In this document: piece after piece, positions 17,256 through 26,873 of the stretch
Numbering within the stretch: position 1 is the first letter of the stretch
How the letters are laid out: the number at the start of each line of letters is the position of its first letter
NCBI GenBank assembly: GCA_964549305.1
Contig: CAZJVM010000032.1
Location: 1-31,059, forward strand
Direction: 5' to 3'
Length of the DNA: 31,059 bases
DNA from: an uncultured bacterium
Lineage (GTDB): Bacteria > Schekmanbacteria > GWA2-38-11 > J061
The notes under the pieces: generated by a model
Seen by the model: only the letters and a program-made list of their open reading frames with translations
Told to the model about the DNA's origin: nothing
Database searches by the model: none
Position numbers and translations under genes: made by a program

Positions 17256-18464
17256 ATGGGAAAAACGATAACCGAAGAAGTTGATCACGTTTCCAATAAA
17301 TGCCTAAATTCCGCTGAATCGGAAAATAATGAAAACAAAATAATACCTCTTGAAACAGATAAGAAACCGCAAGATTCCGATTCACAAAAAACTGAAGATT
17401 GCGAATATATGCTTCCCCTTTACGAGGAGGCAATTAGAGGTATAATAGTATTCGATTCAAAAGACCGCATCATTAATATCAGCGATTCATTTATTCAAAT
17501 AACGGGAGTGGATAAAAAACATATTTCAGGCGCCACGCCCGCAAATCTGTTAAAAACAATTTCAGGTAAAAATTTAGATTTAGAAACAATTAGCGCAAAA
17601 AAAGATTTTAAAATCAATATATTCAACCCGTCAAAAAATATCGTTACTCCCACATTCATAAAAACATTTCCTGTTTTTAAAAAAACCGGATCGCCTGCCG
17701 GAACAGCGATAATTTTGGAACCTGCGCAATACCTTAAAAAAGAAAAAATAGAGCATAGCGAAAGGTCAAACAAACTAAAGGCGATGGGAGAAATATCAGG
17801 TGCAATGGCGCATGAGATAAGAAACCCTCTCGGCAGTATTGCATTATTCGCTTCGATGATTAAATCGGGAATGGTTGAACCCGATGAAATAGTAAAATTC
17901 ACCGACCATATTCTCACATCTGTGAAAAAACTCGAATGTCTCATTTCAAACCTCATGATTTTTTCAAACCCTCCAAAACCGGCATATTCCATCATTGAGG
18001 CAAATTCTATGATTAACGGATTTCTGGATTCCATAGAATTTCTTCTCAAACAAAACAGCATAAACCTTGAAAAAAATTTCTCTGAAGAAAGCGTTCTCCT
18101 GCGCGCAGACAGTGAGCTTTTAAAACAGGCGATATTAAACCTGCTTTTAAATTCCATTCAATCGATGCCAAAGGGCGGCACAATTACAATCGATACTCAT
18201 ACTGATTACGATTTAAAGGATTATCAGGAAGGGGCTTTCATAATAGAATTATCTGACACAGGTTGCGGAATACCCAAGGATAATCTTGAAAAAGTGTTTC
18301 TTCCTTTTTTTTCAACGAAAGATAAACAAGCTGGTATCGGACTTTCCATAGTCAATAATTTAATAGAAGCACACAGAGGGCATATAGAGGCATCAAGCAT
18401 TAATCAGGAAGGGGCGAAATTCAGGATATTTTTTCCCCTTGGAGTTGAGGAGACAGGTGTATGA
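17256..18464 (+). CDS. Soluble PAS histidine kinase (FleS/FlrB/FlgS-like)
   Basis: PAS-like GIIVFDSKDRIINIS; H-box AHEIRNPL; N-box QAILNLLLNSIQS; DTGCGI; PFFSTK; no TM segment; ATGA overlap with the regulator. Confidence 0.9.
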   Translation: MGKTITEEVDHVSNKCLNSAESENNENKIIPLETDKKPQDSDSQKTEDCEYMLPLYEEAIRGIIVFDSKDRIINISDSFIQITGVDKKHISGATPANLLKTISGKNLDLETISAKKDFKINIFNPSKNIVTPTFIKTFPVFKKTGSPAGTAIILEPAQYLKKEKIEHSERSNKLKAMGEISGAMAHEIRNPLGSIALFASMIKSGMVEPDEIVKFTDHILTSVKKLECLISNLMIFSNPPKPAYSIIEANSMINGFLDSIEFLLKQNSINLEKNFSEESVLLRADSELLKQAILNLLLNSIQSMPKGGTITIDTHTDYDLKDYQEGAFIIELSDTGCGIPKDNLEKVFLPFFSTKDKQAGIGLSIVNNLIEAHRGHIEASSINQEGAKFRIFFPLGVEETGV

Positions 18465-19798
18465 CTAGAAGCATTCTTGTTGTAGACGATGAACCGGAGA
18501 TGAGGATAGCTTTATCGAAAGCTATAAGCATCGGAGGTTACAATGTTGAATCCGCATCTGACGGAAGCGAAGCAATTAACAAGGTAAAAGAAAATTGTTT
18601 TGACCTTGTGCTATCCGATGTAATGATGCCGAAAATGGACGGTGTTTCGTTATTAAATAAAGTAAAAACTTTTTCTCCGGAAACATCCGTTGTGCTCATC
18701 ACTGCGCACGGAAGCGTAGAGAATGCCGTTGCGGCAATGAAAAAGGGCGCAGACGACTATATACTCAAACCTTTTTCATTTGAAATACTCAACAAGGTAA
18801 TTAAAAAGGTTCTTGATAAAAAAACATTTCCGCCTCTGCAAGACACTTGCGACAATGCTTCGGAACAAAAAACATTCATAACAAACAATGAAGAAGTGAA
18901 CAAAATGCTCTCATTTGCAAAATCCATATCAAAGAGCAACGCAACGGTTTTGATACAGGGTGAAAGCGGAACAGGAAAGGAATTGATGGCAAGATTCATT
19001 CACAATAACAGCAACAGGAAAAATATGCCTTTTATTGCCATTAACTGCGCATCCCTTCCGGAAGGACTTCTTGAAAGCGAACTTTTTGGCCATGAAAAAG
19101 GCTCATTCACCGGAGCCGTAAGCAAAAAGGAAGGAAAGTTTGAACTTGCAAACGGAGGGACGCTTCTTCTGGATGAAATTACCGAAATGAAATTTTCTCT
19201 TCAGGCAAAACTCCTGAGAGTCCTGCAGGAAGGCGAAATCGACAGAGTGGGAGGCAAAAATCCGGTAAAAACCAACGTACGGGTAATCGCAACCACCAAC
19301 AGAGACATTAAAGAGTATATTAAAACCGGGCAATTTCGGCAGGATTTGTTTTACCGCCTTAATGTAATCCCTGTCAAATTAATGCCTCTAAGACAAAGGA
19401 AAGGAGATGTAAAAGTGCTTGCGGAATTCTTTCTGAGAAATTCCTGCAGAAGAAACGGTAAAGATTCTCTAAAACTGAGCGCGCAATCCATATCATTGCT
19501 GGAAAATCATTCCTGGCCCGGAAACGTGAGAGAACTTGAAAATTTGATTGAAAGGGCTGTTTTGCTCTGTGAAGAGGGACCTGTTGAACCGAAAAACCTG
19601 CTTTTTGATTATCAGGACGATATGGGAAATTCCCAAATAGATTTTGATGACAACATCACAATCAGGGAAATGGAGAAAAAACTGATTATAAGCACACTTA
19701 AAAAAGTTGAAGGAAACCGCACAAAAGCGGCAGACATGCTTCAGATAAGTATCAGAACTTTAAGAAACAAACTTAAAGAATATCAACTCAATTCATAG
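18461..19798 (+). CDS. Sigma54-dependent response regulator (FleR/FlrC-like)
   Basis: Intact REC; GESGTGKE, GSFTGA, LLDEI; HTH ending ISIRTLRNKLKEY, typical of FleR/FlrC; directly upstream of flgB. Confidence 0.92.
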   Translation: MTRSILVVDDEPEMRIALSKAISIGGYNVESASDGSEAINKVKENCFDLVLSDVMMPKMDGVSLLNKVKTFSPETSVVLITAHGSVENAVAAMKKGADDYILKPFSFEILNKVIKKVLDKKTFPPLQDTCDNASEQKTFITNNEEVNKMLSFAKSISKSNATVLIQGESGTGKELMARFIHNNSNRKNMPFIAINCASLPEGLLESELFGHEKGSFTGAVSKKEGKFELANGGTLLLDEITEMKFSLQAKLLRVLQEGEIDRVGGKNPVKTNVRVIATTNRDIKEYIKTGQFRQDLFYRLNVIPVKLMPLRQRKGDVKVLAEFFLRNSCRRNGKDSLKLSAQSISLLENHSWPGNVRELENLIERAVLLCEEGPVEPKNLLFDYQDDMGNSQIDFDDNITIREMEKKLIISTLKKVEGNRTKAADMLQISIRTLRNKLKEYQLNS

Positions 19799-19815
19799 AA
19801 ACGTTTTTCCGTAGA

Positions 19816-19850
19816 GGAAAAATTATCCCCTGCCAGAGGTAAAAAATTCC
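19816..19850. promoter_or_regulatory. Paired candidate FleR/FlrC enhancer boxes (GG-N9-CC), 22 bp apart
   Basis: GGAAAAATTATCC (19816-19828) and GGTAAAAAATTCC (19838-19850), both preceded by AGA. Confidence 0.55.
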
Positions 19851-19918
19851 AGATGTTCCGATTTCTTAAATATTTGTTATTATTTTACCGGATCAATCCG
19901 CTCAATAAAACCATTAAA

Positions 19919-19931
19919 TATCAATTAGTTA
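19919..19931 (+). promoter_or_regulatory. IHF-binding site
   Basis: TATCAATTAGTTA is an exact WATCAANNNNTTR match about 40 bp upstream of the -24 element. Confidence 0.6.
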
Positions 19932-19968
19932 ACCTATAAAATATTATTTCTTTAAATGTTCCGGTGTC

Positions 19969-19984
19969 TGGCACGCTTCTTGCT
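19969..19984 (+). promoter_or_regulatory. Sigma54 -24/-12 promoter of the flgB operon
   Basis: TGGCACGCTTCTTGCT. Confidence 0.94.
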
Positions 19985-20019
19985 AAATGTTTAGGGACAT
20001 TATTTATTCGGAGAAAAAA

Positions 20020-20439
20020 ATGGCAGACAATGGAATATTTGGCGTAACGATAAAAATTTTGAATGATGTGCTTGATGCAAGAGCGTCGAGACAGCTTCTT
20101 ATATCGTCAAATATAGCAAATTCGGAAACTCCCGGGTATAAATCAAAAGACCTTAAATTCGGAAAAGTTCTTTCAGATAGAATAAATAACGGTAACTCCG
20201 TTTCACTTAAAACTACAAACGGAAAGCATCTTTCGGGCAAAAAGGGAAAAGATATTCTTGACACAAAAATAGTTACCTCAGAGACGAAACCGGGTGACGG
20301 ACAATCCAACAACGTAAATATTGACAAAGAAATGACAAGACTTTCTGAAAACGGAATTATGTATGACGCTCTATCTCAGATAACAGGAAAAAAATTTAAT
20401 TACCTTAAAGAAATAATAAGGGAAAGCGGGAGCAGATAA
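20020..20439 (+). CDS. flgB: Flagellar basal-body rod protein FlgB
   Basis: LISSNIANSETPGYKSKDL and NNVNIDKEM. Start moved to ATG 20020 (GGAG RBS) because 19987 lies upstream of the expected sigma54 transcription start. Confidence 0.95.
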   Translation: MADNGIFGVTIKILNDVLDARASRQLLISSNIANSETPGYKSKDLKFGKVLSDRINNGNSVSLKTTNGKHLSGKKGKDILDTKIVTSETKPGDGQSNNVNIDKEMTRLSENGIMYDALSQITGKKFNYLKEIIRESGSR

Positions 20440-20442
20440 TAT

Positions 20443-20880
20443 ATGGACTTTTTAACTTCACTGAAGATAAGTTCATCGGCGCTTGAAGCGCAAAGGATGA
20501 GGATGAACCTAATATCATCGAATCTTGCAAACGCCGATACTACAAAAACCGCCGAAGGAGGCCCTTACAGGAAAAAAACTCCCATACTTTCCGAAAAAAA
20601 CATCAACGGCTCAAACAATAGGTCTTTTAAAAATACCCTTCAAGAAAGCATCAAGGGAGTTGAAGTCGTGGCAGTTGTAAAAGAAGGGGACAATTTTAAA
20701 ATGAAATACGACCCGGGACATCCTGACGCAAATGAAAATGGTTTCGTCAAAGTTCCTGACATCAATGTTATGGAAGAAATGGTTAAACTGCTTTCTGCAA
20801 CAAGAGCATATGAAGCCAATGTAACAGCCATAAACGCTGTAAAAAATATGGCTCAAAAAGCCCTCACCATAGGGAAATAG
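20443..20880 (+). CDS. flgC: Flagellar basal-body rod protein FlgC
   Basis: SSNLANADTT..GGPYRKK, YDPGHPDA, RAYEANV. Confidence 0.97.
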   Translation: MDFLTSLKISSSALEAQRMRMNLISSNLANADTTKTAEGGPYRKKTPILSEKNINGSNNRSFKNTLQESIKGVEVVAVVKEGDNFKMKYDPGHPDANENGFVKVPDINVMEEMVKLLSATRAYEANVTAINAVKNMAQKALTIGK

Positions 20881-20891
20881 GAGCATAAAAA

Positions 20892-21197
20892 ATGAATGAT
20901 ATGAAAATCGGAAAGCTGCCTTTAAAGTCGCTCTTCGATGAGATGCGAATCAACACGCAGAAACCCGTAAAAGAGGGGCAATCATTTTCGCAAACTATTA
21001 AAACAATGGTCAACGATGTTGAGAAGCATCAGAAGGAAGCTGACATCTCCGTTCAAAAATTCGCCCTTGGAGAAAACAAGAGCATTCACGAAACAATGAT
21101 AGCGCTTCAGAAAGCAGATGTTTCAATGAAGCTGATGCTTCAGGTTAGAAACAAAATGATGAACGCTTATCAGGAAATAATGAAAATGCCTATTTAA
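20892..21197 (+). CDS. fliE: Hook-basal body protein FliE
   Basis: HETMIALQKA, QVRNKMMNAYQEIMKMPI. Confidence 0.96.
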   Translation: MNDMKIGKLPLKSLFDEMRINTQKPVKEGQSFSQTIKTMVNDVEKHQKEADISVQKFALGENKSIHETMIALQKADVSMKLMLQVRNKMMNAYQEIMKMPI

Positions 21198-21225
21198 TGC
21201 GCATTAGAAAGGGAAAACCGGAATA

Positions 21226-22773
21226 ATGAACCAGCTTTTTTTACAAATTAAAAATCTTTTCGCAAACCTTCCCGTGGGAAACAGAATTTCATTTTTTGTT
21301 CTTTTGATACTGTTTCTTTCCGCTTTCGGAGCAATAGTTTTTTGGGGAACAACTCCCGACTATGATTTGCTTTACGCTAACCTGGATACAGATGACGCAT
21401 CAGCGGTAGTTGCAAAACTGAGAGAGACGAAAGTTCCCTATAAAATAGAAAATAATGGCTCGAGCATTTATGTCCCCTCAGACCAGATATATGACATAAG
21501 AATGCAACTTGCATCCGAGGGAGTACCCAAAGGGGGCGGAGTAGGATTTGAAATATTTGACAAGAACAGCTTCGGTCTCACTGATTTCGTTCAAAAAGTC
21601 AATTATCAGAGAGCTTTGGAAGGAGAACTTAAAAGAACAATCGCGAAACTCGACGAAGTAAGCGATGTAAGAGTGCATCTTGCAATTCCCGAAGAATCTC
21701 TTTTTCTGGAAGGCAATAACAAGCCCAAAGCTTCCGTTGTGCTTCACATAATACCGAACCAGAGTCTTTCGAAAAAACAGGTGATGGGAATAGTCAATCT
21801 CGTCTCAGGTTCCGTTCAGCGTCTTTTACCCGAAAATGTGACAGTTATCGATTCCAAAGGAAACATCTTGTCATCAAAAGAAAAAGACGGCCCCGGGGGA
21901 ATGGGAAGCAGTCTTCAAATCGAATACAAACAGACTGTCGAAGCTGCACTGGAAAAGCGAATGCAGACAATGCTCGAAAAGGTAGTCGGCAAAGATAATG
22001 TAATATCAAGAGTTACGGCAGACATCAATTTTCAGCAAATAGAGCTCACCGAGGAAAAGTACGACCCCGATTCCTTAGTGGTAAGAAGTGAGGAAATAAG
22101 CGAAGAAAGAAATGTTTCCGCGCCTGCCGCGCCCCCTTCTCAGGAAAATTATGCCGCAAACGGCAATACAAACGAATCGACAAATTCAAATGAGGTAAAA
22201 AATTACGAAATCAATAAAACCATAAGTCATCAGACAATTCCTTCGGGAAATATAAAATCCCTTTCAGTAGCGGTGCTAATCAACGGAACGTACAATACCT
22301 CCGGGGAATCCGGAGAGTCCGAATATCTTCCCCGAACGGAAGAGGAAATGAACAAATTCAATAATATTGTAAAAACGGCAATGGGTTTTGTTGAGGAAAG
22401 AGGCGACAAGGTGGAAGTGGTAAATATACCTTTTGAAACAACACAAGAGGTTCCTGAAATATCTCCCGCAGGTTTCTTTGACAGCAACAGCCTGGATCTT
22501 CTCATTAAGTATCTTTCGATTCTCTTATCAATAGTCATTATCTACTTCCTTATTCTCAGGCCTGTAATCGGATGGATAACAAGACCCGTCAGTCAGCAGG
22601 AACTCGCTTTGAGCTATCCAATGAGCGTTTCGGAAGCTGAAAAGAAAATCGAAGGCATATCCGAACAACAGCAGTCAGGCGCAGCAGCAAAACAGAAGGC
22701 ATTTGACCTTGCGAAAAACAATCCCGAATTGGCGGGGAAAATCATAAAAGGTTGGCTTAATAACGGGAGTTAA
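21226..22773 (+). CDS. fliF: MS-ring protein FliF
   Basis: Two TMs; VGFEIFD, FGLTDF, YQRALEGELKRTI, ASVVL; terminal NPE..IIKGWL. Confidence 0.97.
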   Translation: MNQLFLQIKNLFANLPVGNRISFFVLLILFLSAFGAIVFWGTTPDYDLLYANLDTDDASAVVAKLRETKVPYKIENNGSSIYVPSDQIYDIRMQLASEGVPKGGGVGFEIFDKNSFGLTDFVQKVNYQRALEGELKRTIAKLDEVSDVRVHLAIPEESLFLEGNNKPKASVVLHIIPNQSLSKKQVMGIVNLVSGSVQRLLPENVTVIDSKGNILSSKEKDGPGGMGSSLQIEYKQTVEAALEKRMQTMLEKVVGKDNVISRVTADINFQQIELTEEKYDPDSLVVRSEEISEERNVSAPAAPPSQENYAANGNTNESTNSNEVKNYEINKTISHQTIPSGNIKSLSVAVLINGTYNTSGESGESEYLPRTEEEMNKFNNIVKTAMGFVEERGDKVEVVNIPFETTQEVPEISPAGFFDSNSLDLLIKYLSILLSIVIIYFLILRPVIGWITRPVSQQELALSYPMSVSEAEKKIEGISEQQQSGAAAKQKAFDLAKNNPELAGKIIKGWLNNGS

Positions 22774-22777
22774 ATAA

Positions 22778-23785
22778 ATGGCAGCAAACGTAACCAATGC
22801 AAAAAAGGCGGCAATACTTTTATACGTTCTCGGAGAAGATATGGCTTGTGAAATATTGAAGAATTTAAACAGCCATGAAGTAAAAGAAGTTTTGAGCCAT
22901 CTTAGCAAATTGGATGAAGTGTCGGAAAACGAGCTCAATTCAATAATGGACGAATTTTACAGTCAGGCAACGGGAACCAGCGGATTAGTTAAGCCTGATA
23001 AAGCATACGCATCGAAGTTAATGCGAAAGGTGGAAGCCATAATAAAGAACCGGGATCCTGAAATGGATCTTTATTCGGAATTTACCAATGACGACGGAAT
23101 AGATCTTCTTAAAACAACGGATCCGGAACTTGCGGCAAATTTTCTTAAATCCCAGCATCCCCAGGTTATTGCCCTGATAATTTCACGCCTCGAAGCGAAT
23201 ACCGCGGCAACCATTACCGAAAAGCTTTCAAAAAAAATTCAAAGCGATGTAATCACGAGAATGGCAAACCTTAAAGAAGTTGCGCCTGAGGTAATTAATG
23301 AAATCGACGACCTCCTCGTAAAGGAACTCAGAGACCTGGGAGGCAAACAGAAGAATGCAATCGGAGGGATCAAACCGGTTGCAGAAATTCTGAATCATCT
23401 TCCCAAATCAGTTGAAGGCAAAATATTAGCCGCCATTTCAGAGCAAAACAACGAAATTGCCCAGAAAATCAAAGAACATATGTTCGTTTTTGAAGACCTT
23501 GTTATGCTCGAAGGCAGAGACCTTCAGGGAGTGCTTAAGGAAATCGACGGACAGAAACTCGCCCTTGCCCTTAAGGCGGCAAGCGATGAACTGAAAAATA
23601 AAATTTTTGGCAATGTTTCTGAAAGAGTCAAAGATATGATTACGGATGATATGGAAACAATGGGGCCCGTTAAGCTCAAGGACGTTGAAAAAGCGCAGCA
23701 GGACGTAGTCTCGATAGCGAGAAAACTCGAGGAAGAAGGAAAAATATCATTCGGCATAGGCGCTGATGAAGAAATGGTAGTTTAA
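22778..23785 (+). CDS. fliG: Motor switch protein FliG
   Basis: KAAILL, QHPQVIALI, GG linker, MFVFEDL, GPVKLKDVEKAQ. Confidence 0.97.
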   Translation: MAANVTNAKKAAILLYVLGEDMACEILKNLNSHEVKEVLSHLSKLDEVSENELNSIMDEFYSQATGTSGLVKPDKAYASKLMRKVEAIIKNRDPEMDLYSEFTNDDGIDLLKTTDPELAANFLKSQHPQVIALIISRLEANTAATITEKLSKKIQSDVITRMANLKEVAPEVINEIDDLLVKELRDLGGKQKNAIGGIKPVAEILNHLPKSVEGKILAAISEQNNEIAQKIKEHMFVFEDLVMLEGRDLQGVLKEIDGQKLALALKAASDELKNKIFGNVSERVKDMITDDMETMGPVKLKDVEKAQQDVVSIARKLEEEGKISFGIGADEEMVV

Positions 23786-23804
23786 TAAAAAGGAGGAAGA
23801 AGTA

Positions 23805-24491
23805 TTGAGCATATCACCTTTCAAGCTTGAAGAGTTAAAATCCCGCGCGAAAACATCAAAGAAGAAAAAAACACCGGATAAGTTCAGAAAGTTGACTCTT
23901 ATTTCGGGAAACTCTTCTCAAGGGGCATCTGACAGCAACGACGAGAGAACAAATAACCGACAAACAAGACCTTCCGAAGCGGTCAATAATCGGGAAAAAA
24001 TATTCAACGACGGGTTTGCCAAAGGTGAAGAATCAGCACTCATGGCAACCAAAGAAATATGCGACCTTTTTAAAAATGCCGTCGATGATGCCAAAAACAA
24101 AGCAGAGGAAATCAGAATCAGCGCCATAGATTTTGCCGTAAAGCTTTCGGGGAAAATAGCGGAAAAAATAATATCCCATGAAATTTCGTCTAACAGCGAA
24201 TATATTTTTGAATCCATCAAAAAAAGCATAGATACACTTCCAAAATCAGAAAATATAAAACTTTTAATCAACCCCTCGGATTTTGAAAGATTCAAAGCCT
24301 GTCATCCTGTAGTAGAGGAAATACTCGGAGAGCTCAAAGAAAAACTGATTGTGGAACCGAGTAAAAAAATTCAGGCAGGCGGTTACATAATACACACCGA
24401 ATCGCACTGCATCAACGCTTCTATTGAAAAGCAGATAGAAATGATAACTTCAACGATTATTGATGAAATATCACGGGATAACGGAAAGTGA
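23805..24491 (+). CDS. fliH: Flagellar assembly protein FliH
   Basis: Position between fliG and fliI; DGFAKG, IAEKII, INPSD, GGYIIHT..INASIE; AGGAGG RBS before a TTG start. Confidence 0.88.
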   Translation: MSISPFKLEELKSRAKTSKKKKTPDKFRKLTLISGNSSQGASDSNDERTNNRQTRPSEAVNNREKIFNDGFAKGEESALMATKEICDLFKNAVDDAKNKAEEIRISAIDFAVKLSGKIAEKIISHEISSNSEYIFESIKKSIDTLPKSENIKLLINPSDFERFKACHPVVEEILGELKEKLIVEPSKKIQAGGYIIHTESHCINASIEKQIEMITSTIIDEISRDNGK

Positions 24492-25819
24492 AAATGGAAC
24501 TTAATTTTAATAAATACTCAAAGATTGTAGAGAAAAGCAATCCACTCGACCTTTACGGAAAGGTAACCAAGGTAGTCGGTTTGGTTATCGAGGGATATGC
24601 TCCCAATGCTATAATCGGGTCATCATGCCTTATATATCCCAACGGCGCAGAGCAACCCATAGAAACGGAAATTGTAGGATTTAACAGAGGCAAAGCTCTG
24701 CTTATGGCATTGGGCGATATAAGGGGAATAGGTCCCGGAAGTTTGATTAAAGTTGTTAAAAGCAAAGCATCAATAAACGTAGGTGAAAATTATCTTGGAA
24801 GGATTATAGACGGTTTCGGAAACCCCATTGACGGGAAAGGTCCTATTTGGGGCGACAGCGAATACCATATCTATTCCGACCCTCTGAACCCTTTGGAAAA
24901 AAATATTATCAGTGAAAAACTCGATCTTGGAATAAGAAACATCAACGGGCTTCTTACTTGCGGCAAGGGACAAAGGATGGGAATATTCGCCGGTTCCGGT
25001 GTAGGCAAGAGCGTTTTAATGGGAATGATTGCCCGAAACACAAAGGCGGATGTTAATGTCGTTGCTCTCATTGGAGAGAGAGGCAGAGAAGTCAGGGAGT
25101 TTATTGAAAGAGACCTTGGAAAAGAAGGATTGCAAAGATCGATCGTAGTTGCCGTAACATCCGACCAAAGCCCTTTGATTCGTGTTCGGGGCGCATTCAT
25201 AGCGACAACCCTTGCGGAATATTTCAGAAACAGAGGACTGGATGTAATATTGATGATGGACTCCGTTACAAGGCTTGCAATGGCTCAAAGAGAAGTAGGA
25301 CTCGCAATCGGAGAACCTCCTACAACCAAAGGATACACCCCTTCAGTTTTTGCAATGCTTCCCAAACTCCTGGAAAGAGCGGGCCTCGATAAAGGCAAAG
25401 GCAGCATTACAGGGCTTTATACCGTTCTCGTCGAAGGCGATGACTTTAATGAACCTGTTTCAGACGCGATGCGCTCCATACTCGACGGACACCTTTGCCT
25501 TACCAGAGAACTGGCTTCAAGAAACCACTATCCCGCCATAGATGTATTGCAAAGCGTGAGCAGGGTAATGAAGGATATTGTCTCCGACGAGCATATGAAA
25601 ATGTCAAAAAAGCTTATCGAGATTATTGCCATATATAAAAAAGCGGAAGACCTTATTAACATCGGCGCATATGTTAGCGGAAGTAATCCTGAAATAGACA
25701 GGTCAATAGAAATGATAGAGCGCGTCAATAACTATATGAAACAGGGTATAGACGAAAAAATAAGCGTAGAGGAATCAGTTGCACAACTTTTAAACCTTTT
25801 CAAAGAAATTGACAACTAA
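24488..25819 (+). CDS. fliI: Flagellar export ATPase FliI
   Basis: GQRMGIFAGSGVGKS, GERGREV, MDSVTR, GEPPTTKGY. Start is GTG 24488 or ATG 24494. Confidence 0.97.
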   Translation: MKMELNFNKYSKIVEKSNPLDLYGKVTKVVGLVIEGYAPNAIIGSSCLIYPNGAEQPIETEIVGFNRGKALLMALGDIRGIGPGSLIKVVKSKASINVGENYLGRIIDGFGNPIDGKGPIWGDSEYHIYSDPLNPLEKNIISEKLDLGIRNINGLLTCGKGQRMGIFAGSGVGKSVLMGMIARNTKADVNVVALIGERGREVREFIERDLGKEGLQRSIVVAVTSDQSPLIRVRGAFIATTLAEYFRNRGLDVILMMDSVTRLAMAQREVGLAIGEPPTTKGYTPSVFAMLPKLLERAGLDKGKGSITGLYTVLVEGDDFNEPVSDAMRSILDGHLCLTRELASRNHYPAIDVLQSVSRVMKDIVSDEHMKMSKKLIEIIAIYKKAEDLINIGAYVSGSNPEIDRSIEMIERVNNYMKQGIDEKISVEESVAQLLNLFKEIDN

Positions 25820-25839
25820 ATACCGGAAAATACAGGCAT

Positions 25840-26295
25840 ATGGCAAAAGATAAATTCAAGCTTCAAAAAGTTTTGGACTTCAGGGAGATTAAAGAACAAC
25901 AACTTCAGGTTGAGGTAGCCGAAATGAAATCCTCACTTGAAAAGGAAAAAATGACCCTAAACAAGAAACGTCATAATTTGGAGAAATATAAAAATATGCT
26001 GGAAAAGATTCAAAAGAAACCTTCCGCGGCAAGAGATTACATTACGTATATGGAATACATTGACCACCTCATAAAAGACATAAAATCACAGGCTGAAGTT
26101 ATACAGGGAATACACAGCTCACTGGTTTCCTCCACGGAAAAATTGAAAAATGCCTGTCAGGAAAAGCAAATACTCGAAAATCTTAAAGACCGTGAAGTAA
26201 AAATAAACAAAGCTGAAGACAATAAAAATGAGCAAAAGGAACTCGATGAAATCGGACTGAATATTAACGGCAAAAGCAATAATAAGGAATGGTAA
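25840..26295 (+). CDS. fliJ: Flagellar export chaperone FliJ
   Basis: FKLQKVLDFR N-terminus, coiled coil, LENLKDR..EQKELDE; follows fliI. Confidence 0.92.
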   Translation: MAKDKFKLQKVLDFREIKEQQLQVEVAEMKSSLEKEKMTLNKKRHNLEKYKNMLEKIQKKPSAARDYITYMEYIDHLIKDIKSQAEVIQGIHSSLVSSTEKLKNACQEKQILENLKDREVKINKAEDNKNEQKELDEIGLNINGKSNNKEW

Positions 26296-26311
26296 AAAAG
26301 AGAGGTTAATT

Positions 26312-26869
26312 ATGAAAATTTTTAAATCGAACAATATTCTCAAAACCTGTTTTGTGATTCTGGTTTTAAAGGTTTTTCTTCTCGGATTCTTTATTGTTCC
26401 CGCTCAAATTAGCGCAGAAAAAAAACCTGTAAAATCGGAAAAGATATCTTCCGGGAAGAAAGTGAATGAGAAAAACGCATCCAATATGGCTGAAGAGAAA
26501 GAAAATACGGCAACTTTAGCCATTTATGAAAAAAAAGCAGAATATCTTGAAAACGAAGAAGAAAAAATCACAATCGCTCAAAAGGAATTGGAAGATAAAA
26601 TACAGGAATTAAAAAACCTCAGAAAAAATATCGCTTCCCTCCTTAAAACAAAGGAAGAAAAAGATGAAAAAAATATTCAGCATCTGGTAAAAATTTATTC
26701 TTCAATGAAAGGGCCGCAAGCGGCAACTATCATGGACCGCCTTCCCGATGAAACGGTTATAGAAATATTTTCAAGAATGAAAAGCGACCAGGTTGCAAAG
26801 ATTCTTCCTTCAATGTCGAAGGAAAGAGCAATCAAGGTTACTCAACTCCTCTCATCAACGGAGAATTAA
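26312..26869 (+). CDS. MotE/FlbB/YlxF-family protein (TM or signal, coiled coil, MgtE_N-like domain)
   Basis: LVKIYSSMKGPQAATIM...MKSDQVAKILPSM; occupies the fliJ-fliK slot. Confidence 0.88.
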   Translation: MKIFKSNNILKTCFVILVLKVFLLGFFIVPAQISAEKKPVKSEKISSGKKVNEKNASNMAEEKENTATLAIYEKKAEYLENEEEKITIAQKELEDKIQELKNLRKNIASLLKTKEEKDEKNIQHLVKIYSSMKGPQAATIMDRLPDETVIEIFSRMKSDQVAKILPSMSKERAIKVTQLLSSTEN

Positions 26870-26873
26870 TAAA

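Noticed and set aside
17495-18157. 220-aa minus-strand ORF and the other short ORFs nested in or antisense to larger genes
   Set aside because: Shadows of well-supported genes; composition reflects reverse-complement codon bias.
19987-20019. Longer flgB start in the ORF track
   Set aside because: ATG is immediately after the -12 element, upstream of the expected transcription start.
26793-26873. Longer fliK start in the ORF track
   Set aside because: TTG inside the upstream gene; ATG 26874 fits operon spacing.
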